This document shows, in pieces, positions 29,439 through 39,442 of a stretch of 64,000 nt of DNA. The DNA is from Clostridia bacterium (GTDB lineage Bacteria > Bacillota > TC1 > JBAXCZ01). Position numbers and translations under genes: made by a program. The stretch covers positions 2,525 through 66,524 of the forward strand of contig JBAXCZ010000008.1 of NCBI GenBank assembly GCA_037141195.1, in the 5' to 3' direction. Under the pieces are notes generated by a model. It was not told the DNA's origin and made no database searches. It saw nothing but the letters and a program-made list of their open reading frames with translations. The stretch's first letter is position 1. Each line of letters opens with the position of its first letter.

Positions 29439-31751
29439 ATGAAAGAGCAAAATATTAGTAACAATAGTTTTTGGAAGATTTTTAAGAACGAGAAAGGCAA
29501 TGCTACTATTATGGTGCTAAGTGTCATTCTCATCCTCACAGCTTTTGGTACGGTATCACTTTTTGCTTCACTAGCAAATGTAAAAATGGGTAGCCGTTAT
29601 CGGGTTTGGAGTACGGGTTATTACAATGTAGATACTGTTGCTGAGGAGAAAATCATCCAAGTTGATGAAGTTTTAAGACAGGCTGAGGATACTACGAATT
29701 TTTATATGACAGGCAAGTATTATAATGAAAGTGATTATGGAGTAATTTTAAGCAATCCTAGATTTGTTAATATTACTAGTAATGCTCAAGCTCTTTTTTA
29801 TGCCAATAGATGGACCTGGAGCTTGGCTTCTTACCTTGTCGCCTATCCTACATTAAGTGAGTCGGATTATCAGACAGCAATGTTAGCTCATAATACACAG
29901 CTCTATGAAAAAATTTATCTATATCTAGCCAATAATTTATTATCTTCTGCCTTTGTTCTAACCACAGACGATATCGAATTTACTGAAGTACCTGTATTCA
30001 AGATACCTGTGGGTACTCTTTGGTCAGATTTAGTATACGAACCAACAGACTGGCAAGTGCTAATAACTGCAAAAGCTACTCTTGCAGGAGGCGAAACAAG
30101 AAAACTTCGTGTTGAACTTCAGGTGAAGCCTCCAGATAATCAAGCCGTAGTTCAAGTAATTAGCCAACCATTAAGGAGCAATCCACTTTGGGGTTATGCA
30201 CTAGCTGCAGAGGGCTCTATTAACTTTACAGCTGGGGCTACAGTCTATGGTGATGTCTATGCTAATAGTGGTACAAATGGTGGAGTAAAAGCATCTAATA
30301 GCGCTAATGTAGATTTGTATGGCAATCTTTATACGAGTGGTGATTTATCAGCAACGACAAATTCTAGCTTAACAGTGCATAAATATAACAGTACAGTAGC
30401 CTATCCTAGCAATTTTAGTTCTGCCTATGGTAATAAAACAAAAATATATAGTGAAACTAACGCCTTGGCACCTAATTTATTTATGGAAACATCTAATAAT
30501 TCTTTGTATGAGTCTGGCTTTGTGAATTATACAGAAGGTACAATCGCTACCACAGGACTTCTTCCTTTCTTTTATCAAGATAAGAACTGGGGAAATGTCT
30601 ACTGTAACAACCTGCAAGTTGGTGATGGCATAACAAATGCGCATCTAACAGTTGGCGGAATTGTGCAAACCAAAGATGATGTTGAGATGAATGGTGATAA
30701 TTCGAGCATTTCCATTATTGGCAATTTTTTAGGTATCACCTCTGATGCAAACGAAGCTGTTCGTGATCCTAATGCCTCTAGCTCCATTATCAATAATAAA
30801 CCACTTAATGCTTTGCAAAATCCTAATAGCAGTATTAATTTAGGTGGTGGCATGATTGTTCCTGGTATCGCCTTTGGTGAGTACGATTCAAGTGAGGAAA
30901 CCGGTACCTTTGCTAAATATTACATGACGGCTGAATCTGTATCAGCGAGGATTTATGATACTTTTGCAGCTTATCTCTATCCGGAAAATATTTCGCCAGC
31001 AGCTGTAAGCTATGGTTCAATCATCTACGAAAAGGATGGTTCCCAATATTTTTTGAAAAAATTCGCTTCTAACGCATATACAGAAAAACTTGCAGATTTT
31101 GTTAGTTCGGTCACCAGCGGTGGAATTAATAGCAGAATTTATGTTCAGCCGGTTGGTAATCTAGATGGCTATGCATTAGGTGTTATAGTGCCAAATCAAA
31201 CTGGAATAATTAACCCCATCAGTGATATTGCCTCTTATAATGCTAACCAAAGTGCTTACGGTGCAACTAAAGCTAAATTAACCAATAGCTTTATTGCGAA
31301 GACAGAGCATTTTGGGTTAAGTGGAACAAAATTGATGGCTAATTTAGTAAATACTGCTGCAGGAAATGGGCTAGGTGTACTTAGTACAGACCCTAATAAC
31401 CCAAGAGCTTTTTATAGGTCAGGCAACTATACATTGAATCTTAGTGGCCCTACAAGTGGAATAATTTATTGTGGAGGAGATTTAACTATCTCCGGAAGTG
31501 GAAGCTTTAGTGGAGTTATTTTATGTGAAGGTGACATCACGGTAACAAGTAATAATGTTACAATTTACTATAATGAAACAGTGATTGAAGCTGTGCTTTC
31601 AAGACCTAGAAATATTCTCGACCGCGCATTTTTTGCACCAGGTGCTATATACGGAGCAGATTATACCCGCTACGAAGATTATGGTACAGATAGCGGAACA
31701 AAGACGGAAATGAAACGTTATCGTGTGATTAGTTGGCAGGAGGGGATGTAA
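29439..31751 (+). CDS. Large PilX/PilK-like minor pilin
   Basis: NEKG|NATIMVL.. (no Glu5), large C-domain with GxIxxxGD/I beta-helix-like repeats and terminal SWQE. Confidence 0.7.
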   Translation: MKEQNISNNSFWKIFKNEKGNATIMVLSVILILTAFGTVSLFASLANVKMGSRYRVWSTGYYNVDTVAEEKIIQVDEVLRQAEDTTNFYMTGKYYNESDYGVILSNPRFVNITSNAQALFYANRWTWSLASYLVAYPTLSESDYQTAMLAHNTQLYEKIYLYLANNLLSSAFVLTTDDIEFTEVPVFKIPVGTLWSDLVYEPTDWQVLITAKATLAGGETRKLRVELQVKPPDNQAVVQVISQPLRSNPLWGYALAAEGSINFTAGATVYGDVYANSGTNGGVKASNSANVDLYGNLYTSGDLSATTNSSLTVHKYNSTVAYPSNFSSAYGNKTKIYSETNALAPNLFMETSNNSLYESGFVNYTEGTIATTGLLPFFYQDKNWGNVYCNNLQVGDGITNAHLTVGGIVQTKDDVEMNGDNSSISIIGNFLGITSDANEAVRDPNASSSIINNKPLNALQNPNSSINLGGGMIVPGIAFGEYDSSEETGTFAKYYMTAESVSARIYDTFAAYLYPENISPAAVSYGSIIYEKDGSQYFLKKFASNAYTEKLADFVSSVTSGGINSRIYVQPVGNLDGYALGVIVPNQTGIINPISDIASYNANQSAYGATKAKLTNSFIAKTEHFGLSGTKLMANLVNTAAGNGLGVLSTDPNNPRAFYRSGNYTLNLSGPTSGIIYCGGDLTISGSGSFSGVILCEGDITVTSNNVTIYYNETVIEAVLSRPRNILDRAFFAPGAIYGADYTRYEDYGTDSGTKTEMKRYRVISWQEGM

Positions 31752-31814
31752 AATGCATAGTTTTACTGTAATAACTGATTTTTACCAAATGTGTTATCTA
31801 AGGGAGGGATTAAG

Positions 31815-34800
31815 ATGAAAAAACAAGTGAATAAAACACTTTCACTACTGATTGTACTTTCGTTATTGGTTTCCATGTTTTCAGGGTTAATAGTTAGTGC
31901 AGCAACTATTTCAAACCCTAGTTTTATTACATTTAGTCCATCTAGTTTTGAAGAAGCAATAGCAAATGATGGAAGCATTAGTAATAGCCCAGTAACTATA
32001 AATATTACATCTGGTACTATTAGGAGCGCGTCAAGATTAACAACATACTCAACTGTTACAGCTCCCAATGGTATTGTTGCGACTTTAACATATATAAATT
32101 CTACATCGGCGCAGCTTTCTCTTTCTGGAAAAGCTGTTAATAATACAAGTGGAGTCCAAAATGTTGCTGTAAGATTTAATTCTGGTATGCTTAAGGACAG
32201 TAATGGAAATAATCGAACTGATGACTATACATTTAATGTACCCATTAATTTTTATGATGCACCAAACTTAACATATAATGGTAACATCTTTACTGAGGCC
32301 TTGGCAAATGATGGTTCATTTGATGCCACTAATCCAATTGCAGCTAATATTGTTGGAAACCCTGCAGTACAGTTTAAAACTGGCAATTTTGTAAACGGAA
32401 CTGACTATTCTGTTGCAAATATTCCTGCTGGATTAACTGTTGTGTTAACTAGAGTTAATTCTCAAAAAGTGAATATAACTTTATCCGGAAATGCAACTAA
32501 CCATACCTACGCTAATGATGTTAATAATGCTACCATTATATTTAATAATTCTGCATTCTCAACTGGTGGCAGTACAATGCAAAATAAAAACTTTGTTTTT
32601 TCCATTGAATTTTTGAATTATCCTAATTTAGATTTTAGTAGTAGCAGTTTTACCGAGACTGATGCTAATAATGGATCGTTTGATGTCAATGCTCCAATTT
32701 CAGTAACTATTTTAGGGACTTCTGCTGTTAAATTCAAAACTGGTACTTTTACTCGTGGTACCGATTTTTCTACAACAAATATCCCTGCAGGACTTAATGT
32801 TACTATAACTAGAATAAATGATAAAGAAGTTGCCATGAAAATTAGTGGAAACGCTACGAATCATGCTCAAAGCAATAGTATTAATAATGCTTCAATTACC
32901 TTTAATGCTGTAGCATTTTCTCCAAATAGTGTTGTTTTGAATAATGCTTTAACTTTTGGTATTCAATTTATAGATATTGCTTTAAGCTATGTTGGAAATA
33001 GCTTCTCAGAGGCTGCCGCTAATGATGGAGCTATTGATGCTAATTCAAAAATCATAGCTAGTATTGATGGAAGTGCTACTCTCAAGTTTAAAACTGGAAC
33101 TCTAATTCCAAGTACAGACTATACTGTTGTTGGATTACCTACAGGTTTAAGTGCTGTAGTCAGCAGTGACAATGGTTCTGAGGCAATTATCACATTAAGT
33201 GGCAAGGCAAGTGCCCATTTAGCTGCTAATAGTGTTGCGAATGCAACTATTACTTTTAAGTCTACCGCATTTTCTCCAGCAAGCAATAATCTTACAAATT
33301 TAGTTCAAGCATTTTCAGTGAATTTTAATGATCCTGGTAAGATTACCGCCGACACAAATGCTTTTGTAGAGTCAGATAGTAATGATGGATCTATTGCAGG
33401 ACAAAGAGCGATATTACTTACTAATGCAAGCTTTGTAGATGTGCCCTTTGTCTCCACTACATATTATGCTATCACCGGAGTACCAGCAGGTCTAACTGCA
33501 AAGGTTACTCGTGAATCAGCAAATAGACTTGGACTATCCTTTGAAGGAAAGGCTACAACGCATGCGAGCATCAACAGTGCTAATGTGACTTTAACGTTGA
33601 AGGATGCTGCTTTTATTAGTGGAGCGTCGCAAATAACAGGCAAAATACAAAATTTCCAGCTTAACTTTGCTGATAATACTCCAATTAGGGTGCTTGAGGT
33701 TTATCCTAGCAGTGTTACTAGCACCGGAGATGGAAATTTTAGAGATGCTGTTACACAGTTAACCGCATCTAACTATGTAGTTACTTCTATTACCATGAAT
33801 CGATTTATCTCAATTATTGATGATGTTAACGGAAATTATGATGTTGTTTATTTTGGTCGAGGCCGTTATATGAAAGGCAGCCCATCGGACAGCTATTTTG
33901 GTAATGATATTACTTCAAAAGCTGCCGTTAAGGTTCTGGAATTTATTAATTCCGGGCAACTTTGTATCTTCCACACTGATGCGCTTACATCTAATACAAT
34001 TATTTCAGGTCTGCCAACATCAATAATGCAATCAAAATTCAATGTGGCAGCAGTAACTGGTAAAGCTAATGTGAAAACCGTATCTGGTACAAATCCAGCT
34101 TTAGCCACTACTATTACAAATGGTCTTGCTGCTAGTACAACAAATAGAAGACCTATTATGGATATGGTTGAGAATCCTTATTCTTACAGAGCTTTAGGTA
34201 CAGCTTTCGATAGTAGTACCTTGAAATTTACACTACGGGCTACGGATAAAGAAAGCGCAACATTAGCTGCAATTCTCTATATAGATAAGAACAATGATGG
34301 GCTCTTCTCAACTACTGAGGCTGTTGATAGACACACGGTAAATAAGGATATGTTTGACAGTTTTAGTTACCGTATGCCAAATGGATTAACGGGAGTTTAT
34401 TTTTGGAAGCTAGAGTTAAAAGATGCTAGTGGAGCTAAGGATAGCTTTACTGATGTATTTTATCTTAAAGGTGATGAAGTACAGATTAATGTGCTCCAGG
34501 TTATTCCAACCGGTAATAATTTAGACTTATCAGTTAAACTAAATGATCTTGTTAGTGGAACAACTGACAAGCTTGGAACTAAAGCTGGAGAGTATAAAAT
34601 TAATGTGACAAAAGTTACGATTGACAGCTTTAATAATCCACCAGCCAATGATACTTTGGGATTAATGAATCTTAATGGTAATTATAATATGATAATCTTG
34701 GGATTTGCCGATGAATATGGTCTTGCAGATTTAGATGCAGATGCTAGTACTAGACTTCAAAGCTTTATTAATACTGGGCAAAGTGTAATGTTTACCCATG

Positions 34801-36872
34801 ATACTATCGAATATAGCGGGTATAGAAGTTCTAATCTTTTAACTAATTTTCGTAGTGTTGTTGGACAAACAAATCAATTAACAGCGACACAACTGGTGAG
34901 AAACAACTCTAGTGATACAGTTGTTACAAATTTTGGCTTAAATAACACAGCTACGAATAATATGTATAGTAAACTTATGCCAAATAATCCAGGTGCTGTT
35001 TTAGTAAAACAGGTTAACTCTACGGCGCTTACGCTGTATCCGTTTAATTTGGAAGTAATTCCACAAAATAGTATGAGTGTGGCAAATACACACTACCAAT
35101 ACTATAAATTAGATCTTGAGGATCCAACAATTATTCCAGTGTACAATTATTATGCTGATGTTAGTGGTCGTTTATTAGATGATTCGATGAACAATTATTA
35201 TACATATTCTAAAGGAACTATTACTTATTCTGGAACAGGGCACTCTAACAATTATCCAGAATTTGAGCTTAAGCTTTTTGTTAATACAATCCTTAAAGCA
35301 TATGCTGGAGCAAACCATGCTCCAACTTTAGAAGTATCTCAGCCACTTAACAATGCAAAGCTAGACTTAAATACTTCTAGTGTTGCACTTTCTTTCCGTG
35401 GCTATGATTATGATTTTGATGATGATATTCTCTATTACAAGGTTTACTTGGATAATGGTAGTGGTACATACGTATTGCAAGGTAGTGAGACTCAAATGAA
35501 CAATGGTCAAACTATCAATCTCTCTATTCCTAAAGGTTTTAGCGATGCGAGAACATTTAAGCTAAAGGTTGAATTAAGAGATAAACCAACAGCTCAAAAT
35601 GGTGCAATGACCTTTACCGAATTAACGCTTTATAATACAGAGTTGCCATTATTAACTCCTATTATTACAACTGATAAAACGGCATATCTAGTAGGAGAAT
35701 CAATTAATGCAACTGTTACACTACAACCAAGTGGTAAGGTGACACCTAATGTTACTATTACTCCTTCAACTCTTAAGCTTACTGTTCCTACTGGTTTAGG
35801 AGGAGCTACTACTAACTTTACAACTGTGGGAGGATTTATCTTTGGTAGTACAGGTCCAATCTCAGCTGCATACCTAGCCAACAAGGCAATCTTAGCTGCT
35901 TTACCTGCAGGTGTTGCTCTAGCCAACTACACGCTACAAGCAGAGTGCAACTACAGTCTCTACGGAGCTTCAGTACAGCAGTTAGCTAGTAAAAATATTA
36001 CTGTTAAAAATGGTACTGTTGAGCTTTGGGTTAAAGATGATCAAGGAAATCCACTGAAGGATGTAAATGTTAGTGATTATGCTATTGCTACAGGCATGAA
36101 AACCAATGCAGGGGGTAGATACCTCTTCGAAGGTGTTTCAGCAGGTAGTCATAATTATAGAATTGCGATGCCTAAAGGCTATGCTCTTGATAAAGTTTTG
36201 GTGAATAAAAAAGGTGGAGCAGTAATTACTTATACAGATCCTGAGGCTGCAATACTAGCCATGAGCGCTACTAACTCTGAGTGGGAAGTCACCTATGTAC
36301 TTAAGTTTGGAACGGCAATAGAGGTGGTTTACTTAAATGTTCGAGCTGATAAATCTTTAGCAGCAATCCCTGCTCCAGGTGGTATCTATACATTAAGAGT
36401 TGCAAAGAAATCTAAGGTATCTATTGTTGCTTTCTTCCAGATTCCTGATGTTGAAAGTACCAATGTTAATACTGTACAGCTTACTATGCATACGAAGCTG
36501 ATGGATGGAACGGAAACCTACTATACACAAGATAGTGATAGTGCGATACTAACTATTCCAGGTTCGAGCACTCCAGTAACTTTAGTTGCTAGCAATCCAC
36601 GAATTGGTGGAGCAATTACTGATAAGAGTAAGTGGGCAACACCAGGAGCAATATATATGGATTTGTTTAATAACAATCCAACTGCTGGGTTCACTTACGC
36701 TGGCGCTACTAAATGGTATTATACAGTGATTGTGATTGAACCAACTGAAAATCAACAATTCCGAATTGATAAGATTAAGCTTGTGATGGATAATGGATCA
36801 CTATATGCGATTCCAAATAGCAATGCACAGCTTATCAATATTATGGAGCTTTTACCACCAGTACTTAGATAA
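31815..36872 (+). CDS. Large secreted repeat protein with two DUF5057-like domains; putative pilus-associated adhesin
   Basis: Sec signal peptide (MKKQ...VSA), five ~118-aa FxExxxNDG repeats, RVLEVYP..YDVVYFG and NVLQVIP..YNMIILGFAD..VMFTHDT domains; last gene before the terminator of the pil operon. Confidence 0.65.
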   Translation: MKKQVNKTLSLLIVLSLLVSMFSGLIVSAATISNPSFITFSPSSFEEAIANDGSISNSPVTINITSGTIRSASRLTTYSTVTAPNGIVATLTYINSTSAQLSLSGKAVNNTSGVQNVAVRFNSGMLKDSNGNNRTDDYTFNVPINFYDAPNLTYNGNIFTEALANDGSFDATNPIAANIVGNPAVQFKTGNFVNGTDYSVANIPAGLTVVLTRVNSQKVNITLSGNATNHTYANDVNNATIIFNNSAFSTGGSTMQNKNFVFSIEFLNYPNLDFSSSSFTETDANNGSFDVNAPISVTILGTSAVKFKTGTFTRGTDFSTTNIPAGLNVTITRINDKEVAMKISGNATNHAQSNSINNASITFNAVAFSPNSVVLNNALTFGIQFIDIALSYVGNSFSEAAANDGAIDANSKIIASIDGSATLKFKTGTLIPSTDYTVVGLPTGLSAVVSSDNGSEAIITLSGKASAHLAANSVANATITFKSTAFSPASNNLTNLVQAFSVNFNDPGKITADTNAFVESDSNDGSIAGQRAILLTNASFVDVPFVSTTYYAITGVPAGLTAKVTRESANRLGLSFEGKATTHASINSANVTLTLKDAAFISGASQITGKIQNFQLNFADNTPIRVLEVYPSSVTSTGDGNFRDAVTQLTASNYVVTSITMNRFISIIDDVNGNYDVVYFGRGRYMKGSPSDSYFGNDITSKAAVKVLEFINSGQLCIFHTDALTSNTIISGLPTSIMQSKFNVAAVTGKANVKTVSGTNPALATTITNGLAASTTNRRPIMDMVENPYSYRALGTAFDSSTLKFTLRATDKESATLAAILYIDKNNDGLFSTTEAVDRHTVNKDMFDSFSYRMPNGLTGVYFWKLELKDASGAKDSFTDVFYLKGDEVQINVLQVIPTGNNLDLSVKLNDLVSGTTDKLGTKAGEYKINVTKVTIDSFNNPPANDTLGLMNLNGNYNMIILGFADEYGLADLDADASTRLQSFINTGQSVMFTHDTIEYSGYRSSNLLTNFRSVVGQTNQLTATQLVRNNSSDTVVTNFGLNNTATNNMYSKLMPNNPGAVLVKQVNSTALTLYPFNLEVIPQNSMSVANTHYQYYKLDLEDPTIIPVYNYYADVSGRLLDDSMNNYYTYSKGTITYSGTGHSNNYPEFELKLFVNTILKAYAGANHAPTLEVSQPLNNAKLDLNTSSVALSFRGYDYDFDDDILYYKVYLDNGSGTYVLQGSETQMNNGQTINLSIPKGFSDARTFKLKVELRDKPTAQNGAMTFTELTLYNTELPLLTPIITTDKTAYLVGESINATVTLQPSGKVTPNVTITPSTLKLTVPTGLGGATTNFTTVGGFIFGSTGPISAAYLANKAILAALPAGVALANYTLQAECNYSLYGASVQQLASKNITVKNGTVELWVKDDQGNPLKDVNVSDYAIATGMKTNAGGRYLFEGVSAGSHNYRIAMPKGYALDKVLVNKKGGAVITYTDPEAAILAMSATNSEWEVTYVLKFGTAIEVVYLNVRADKSLAAIPAPGGIYTLRVAKKSKVSIVAFFQIPDVESTNVNTVQLTMHTKLMDGTETYYTQDSDSAILTIPGSSTPVTLVASNPRIGGAITDKSKWATPGAIYMDLFNNNPTAGFTYAGATKWYYTVIVIEPTENQQFRIDKIKLVMDNGSLYAIPNSNAQLINIMELLPPVLR
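31947..33670 (+). repeat. Five tandem ~118-aa Ig-like protein repeats
   Basis: Units start at 31947, 32289, 32649, 33003 and 33363: F(E/T/S/V)E(A/T/S)xxN(D/N)G...P(A/T/N)G(L/I)...(L/I/F)(S/E)G(K/N)A. Confidence 0.85.
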
Positions 36873-36887
36873 AAAGTTAAGTATAAG

Positions 36888-36930
36888 CAGAGCCAATGAG
36901 TGTTAAAACTCATTGGCTCTGTTTCATTTG
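36888..36930 (+). terminator. Intrinsic terminator after adhesin gene
   Basis: CAGAGCCAATGAGT...ACTCATTGGCTCTG + TTT. Confidence 0.75.
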
Positions 36931-37039
36931 CAGAATAATTTATAAAAATAGCATTATGCTGTTTAAAAACTTAGATTTCTGTGCTAGTCTTGACAAGTGA
37001 GAAAAATTTATAATCAGAAGTAGAGGAGCTGAACTTATT

Positions 37040-37807
37040 TTGGATTTTTTGACTAATAGTGTAATATACGCTTTTATATTTTTGTATGGTATTGTGATAG
37101 GTAGTTTTTTGAATGTAGTAATTTACCGAGTGCCGTTAGGTATTTCTATTGCCAAGGGCAGATCATATTGTCCCAGCTGTAATACACAGCTGAAAAACTA
37201 TGATTTAATACCTATTTTTAGTTATCTTTTTTTGCGGGGGAAATGCCGAAAATGTGGTAGTAAAATTTCTCTACGATACCCATTAGTTGAGTTAGTGACT
37301 GGTATATTGGCAGTGTTCATCTTTTTGATTGTGGGATTTAGCTGGCAAGCTGTGTTGATTTTTGCTGTTACAGCAATTATGCTAGCAATTTCCTTGATAG
37401 ATTTAGATACTATGACTATACCCAATGGTTTATTAATAGCTCTCATCCCCTTTATTACAGGACTTTTTTTTCTGCAACCAGAGCTTGCATTGCTTGCTAG
37501 AATAATTGGATTTTTAGCGCTAAGCTTACCGATGTTTCTTTTGAATTTTGTGGTTGAGGATAGCTTTGGTGGTGGTGATATCAAGCTGATGGCACTAGCA
37601 GGCTTTATGCTAGGCTGGCAACAAACCCTAGTAGCTTTTTTTATCGCTCTTATGCTGGGCGGAAGTTTAGCTACTTATCTTTTACTGACAAAACAAAAAG
37701 AGAAGGGAAGCCATATACCCTTTGGTCCCTATCTCTGCATTGGTATTTTCTTGGCTTTGCTTTTTGGTGAAAAATTACTAAGCTGGTACTTGAATTTACT
37801 TTTTTAA
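37040..37807 (+). CDS. pilD: Prepilin peptidase (A24)
   Basis: GSFLNVVIYRVP, RSYCPSC, GKCRKC, ID and GGGD catalytic motifs, IPFGPYL. Confidence 0.95.
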   Translation: MDFLTNSVIYAFIFLYGIVIGSFLNVVIYRVPLGISIAKGRSYCPSCNTQLKNYDLIPIFSYLFLRGKCRKCGSKISLRYPLVELVTGILAVFIFLIVGFSWQAVLIFAVTAIMLAISLIDLDTMTIPNGLLIALIPFITGLFFLQPELALLARIIGFLALSLPMFLLNFVVEDSFGGGDIKLMALAGFMLGWQQTLVAFFIALMLGGSLATYLLLTKQKEKGSHIPFGPYLCIGIFLALLFGEKLLSWYLNLLF

Positions 37808-37818
37808 GCGGAATATAC

Positions 37819-37860
37819 AGGAGCGAAACATAGATTACTATGTTTCGCTCCTTTTGGTTT
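37819..37860 (+). terminator. Intrinsic terminator after pilD
   Basis: AGGAGCGAAACATAG-ATTA-CTATGTTTCGCTCCT + TTT. Confidence 0.8.
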
Positions 37861-37862
37861 TA

Positions 37863-38137
37863 AGCCAAGTAGCAAATGTAGGCTAACACATGGAACATGC
37901 TATTATAGCATCAACAAAATCATTATAATTTTAAAAGTAAATCAGCAAGCTAAACCTTACAGGATACAAACCAAGTAGCAAATGTAGGCTGACATATGGA
38001 ACAGGTTACTGCAACACTCAGCAAAAGCGCAGGAATAGAGAAATTACTGCTTGAGCATAGTGAGTTTCATTTCTCCCGCAGCTGAGCGCTTAGTGTTGCT
38101 AGAATGTGTAGTCGAGGTAGCCGATTTGCGCTTGGCT
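37863..38137. repeat. Intergenic element: 37-bp direct repeat plus long nested inverted repeat (MITE/REP-like)
   Basis: CCAAGTAGCAAATGTAGGCT(A/G)ACA(C/T)ATGGAACA at 37865 and 37971; inverted partial copy at 38118-38137; inner IR GCAACACT (38011)/AGTGTTGC (38092-99). Confidence 0.65.
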
Positions 38138-38222
38138 TTTTTAGTAAGCAAAGGGTAGTAGAAGCAACTGGGTTCGACTGTATTTTTATAAGCTTTTCAT
38201 AAATATTTCCATAAAAGATTGG

Positions 38223-38981
38223 CTAGTTTGCGCAATAAACCTCAATAGCAGCTCTTAAAAATAGAGCACAACCTGGTGCTATCTTGTCATAATATTCAGT
38301 AAAACGGGGATCTTCAACATACATTTGAGCTAGTCCTAAATGGGCTTCTTTGCTATAATTTTGCCAGAAATGCATTAACCATTCTTGATGCAAAGCACAA
38401 GCGGCTTGGGCAAGCTCACCTGCAGGACTATCTGTGAGCATTGCAGCTTGCAGAGTTTCATTGACTTGTAGTGATAATGCTTCTACCTTTGCCATATCTG
38501 CTGGGCTCATTTTTTTCAACTTACTATAGGATGCGTCAACCTGCTCTTCACCATATTTTTCTCTGATTTCCGCGCCATATTTTTCTTCATTTTCTGTTAT
38601 CAGCTGATCTTTTAGTCCTGCAAATTTCTCTTCATTTGTCATTTTATTTAGTCCTTTCCTTGCCAAAATGGATTTTTCTGCATTTAAGATCAATTTTTCC
38701 AGCTGCTCCTTTTTTGCTCGTAGAGCTAGCAAATGCTCCTGTAAGGCTTGCTCTTCATTAAAGTCTGGGGAAGAGAGTATTACCTTGATTTTTTCTAAAG
38801 GCAAAGCTAGCTCTCTAAAGAAGAGAATCTGTTGCAAAAGATTTACTTCAGTTTCTCCATAAATGCGGTAGCCAGAAGTAGAGTTTCTGACAGGTCTTAA
38901 AAGTTTGATTTCATCATAGTAACGCAAAGTGCGAGTGCTAATACCAGCTAAAATTGCTAATTTATTGATGGAATATTCCAA
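38223..38981 (-). CDS. MerR-family regulator with TipAS-like antibiotic-recognition domain
   Basis: STRTLRYYDEI, GYRIY, LQQILFFREL; C-terminal EIREKYG and GLAQMYVEDPRFTEYYD. Confidence 0.9.
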   Translation of the reverse strand: MEYSINKLAILAGISTRTLRYYDEIKLLRPVRNSTSGYRIYGETEVNLLQQILFFRELALPLEKIKVILSSPDFNEEQALQEHLLALRAKKEQLEKLILNAEKSILARKGLNKMTNEEKFAGLKDQLITENEEKYGAEIREKYGEEQVDASYSKLKKMSPADMAKVEALSLQVNETLQAAMLTDSPAGELAQAACALHQEWLMHFWQNYSKEAHLGLAQMYVEDPRFTEYYDKIAPGCALFLRAAIEVYCAN

Positions 38982-39002
38982 AATTTTCGCCTCCTTAGCT
39001 TT

Positions 39003-39033
39003 AATATATAGGTTGACGCAAGGTTAATGTCAA
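39003..39033 (-). promoter_or_regulatory. MerR-type promoter with 19-bp spacer and operator dyad
   Basis: - strand TTGACA-N19-TATATT; imperfect dyad TTGAC-GCAAG-GTTAA within the spacer. Confidence 0.72.
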
Positions 39034-39041
39034 GCAGGAAT

Positions 39042-39081
39042 AAAAAAAAGCTGAGACAAGGAAAAAACTTGTCTCAGCTTT
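39042..39081 (-). terminator. Intrinsic terminator downstream of 39083-39394 gene
   Basis: AAAGCTGAGACAAG/CTTGTCTCAGCTTT perfect stem; A-run on + is a U-run on -. Confidence 0.75.
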
Positions 39082-39082
39082 G

Positions 39083-39394
39083 CTAATTTAGAAATTGTTT
39101 ATTACCTTTGGATAGGCGGTATAAGCCTAAGAAGTAGACAATAACAAAAATAACATTTACATAAGTGCCAATACTACTGATACCCAAGAAAGACAGTATG
39201 TTGGGTGAAAAATACTGAAGTGTGATTAAACAACCTAACAGCATCAAATTTGTTCCCATCCACTTACTAAGACCAGCTTTATCCTTAATGCGTTCCGCCG
39301 GATAGCCTAAGAGCCGCAAGTTATCATCCTTGGTTAAAATCATGATGCCTATAATAAAATGCTCAACAATTAAAAATAAAATCAAAACACTCAT
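39083..39394 (-). CDS. Small membrane protein (DUF3784-like)
   Basis: Three hydrophobic segments, LLGY..E.IKDK.GLSK.MG; AAGGAG RBS. Confidence 0.55.
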   Translation of the reverse strand: MSVLILFLIVEHFIIGIMILTKDDNLRLLGYPAERIKDKAGLSKWMGTNLMLLGCLITLQYFSPNILSFLGISSIGTYVNVIFVIVYFLGLYRLSKGNKQFLN

Positions 39395-39442
39395 TTAGTT
39401 GCTCCTTCTCAATTTATAGCGCTATTGTATCATAAAATATGC

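Noticed and set aside
24451-31751. Pilin antigenic-variation cassettes or DGR
   Set aside because: No silent pilin copies, no template/variable repeat pair and no reverse transcriptase or invertase seen.
37865-38007. Two 37-bp direct repeats as a mini CRISPR array
   Set aside because: Only two imperfect copies, a 69-bp gap, no cas genes, and one copy is part of a long inverted repeat.
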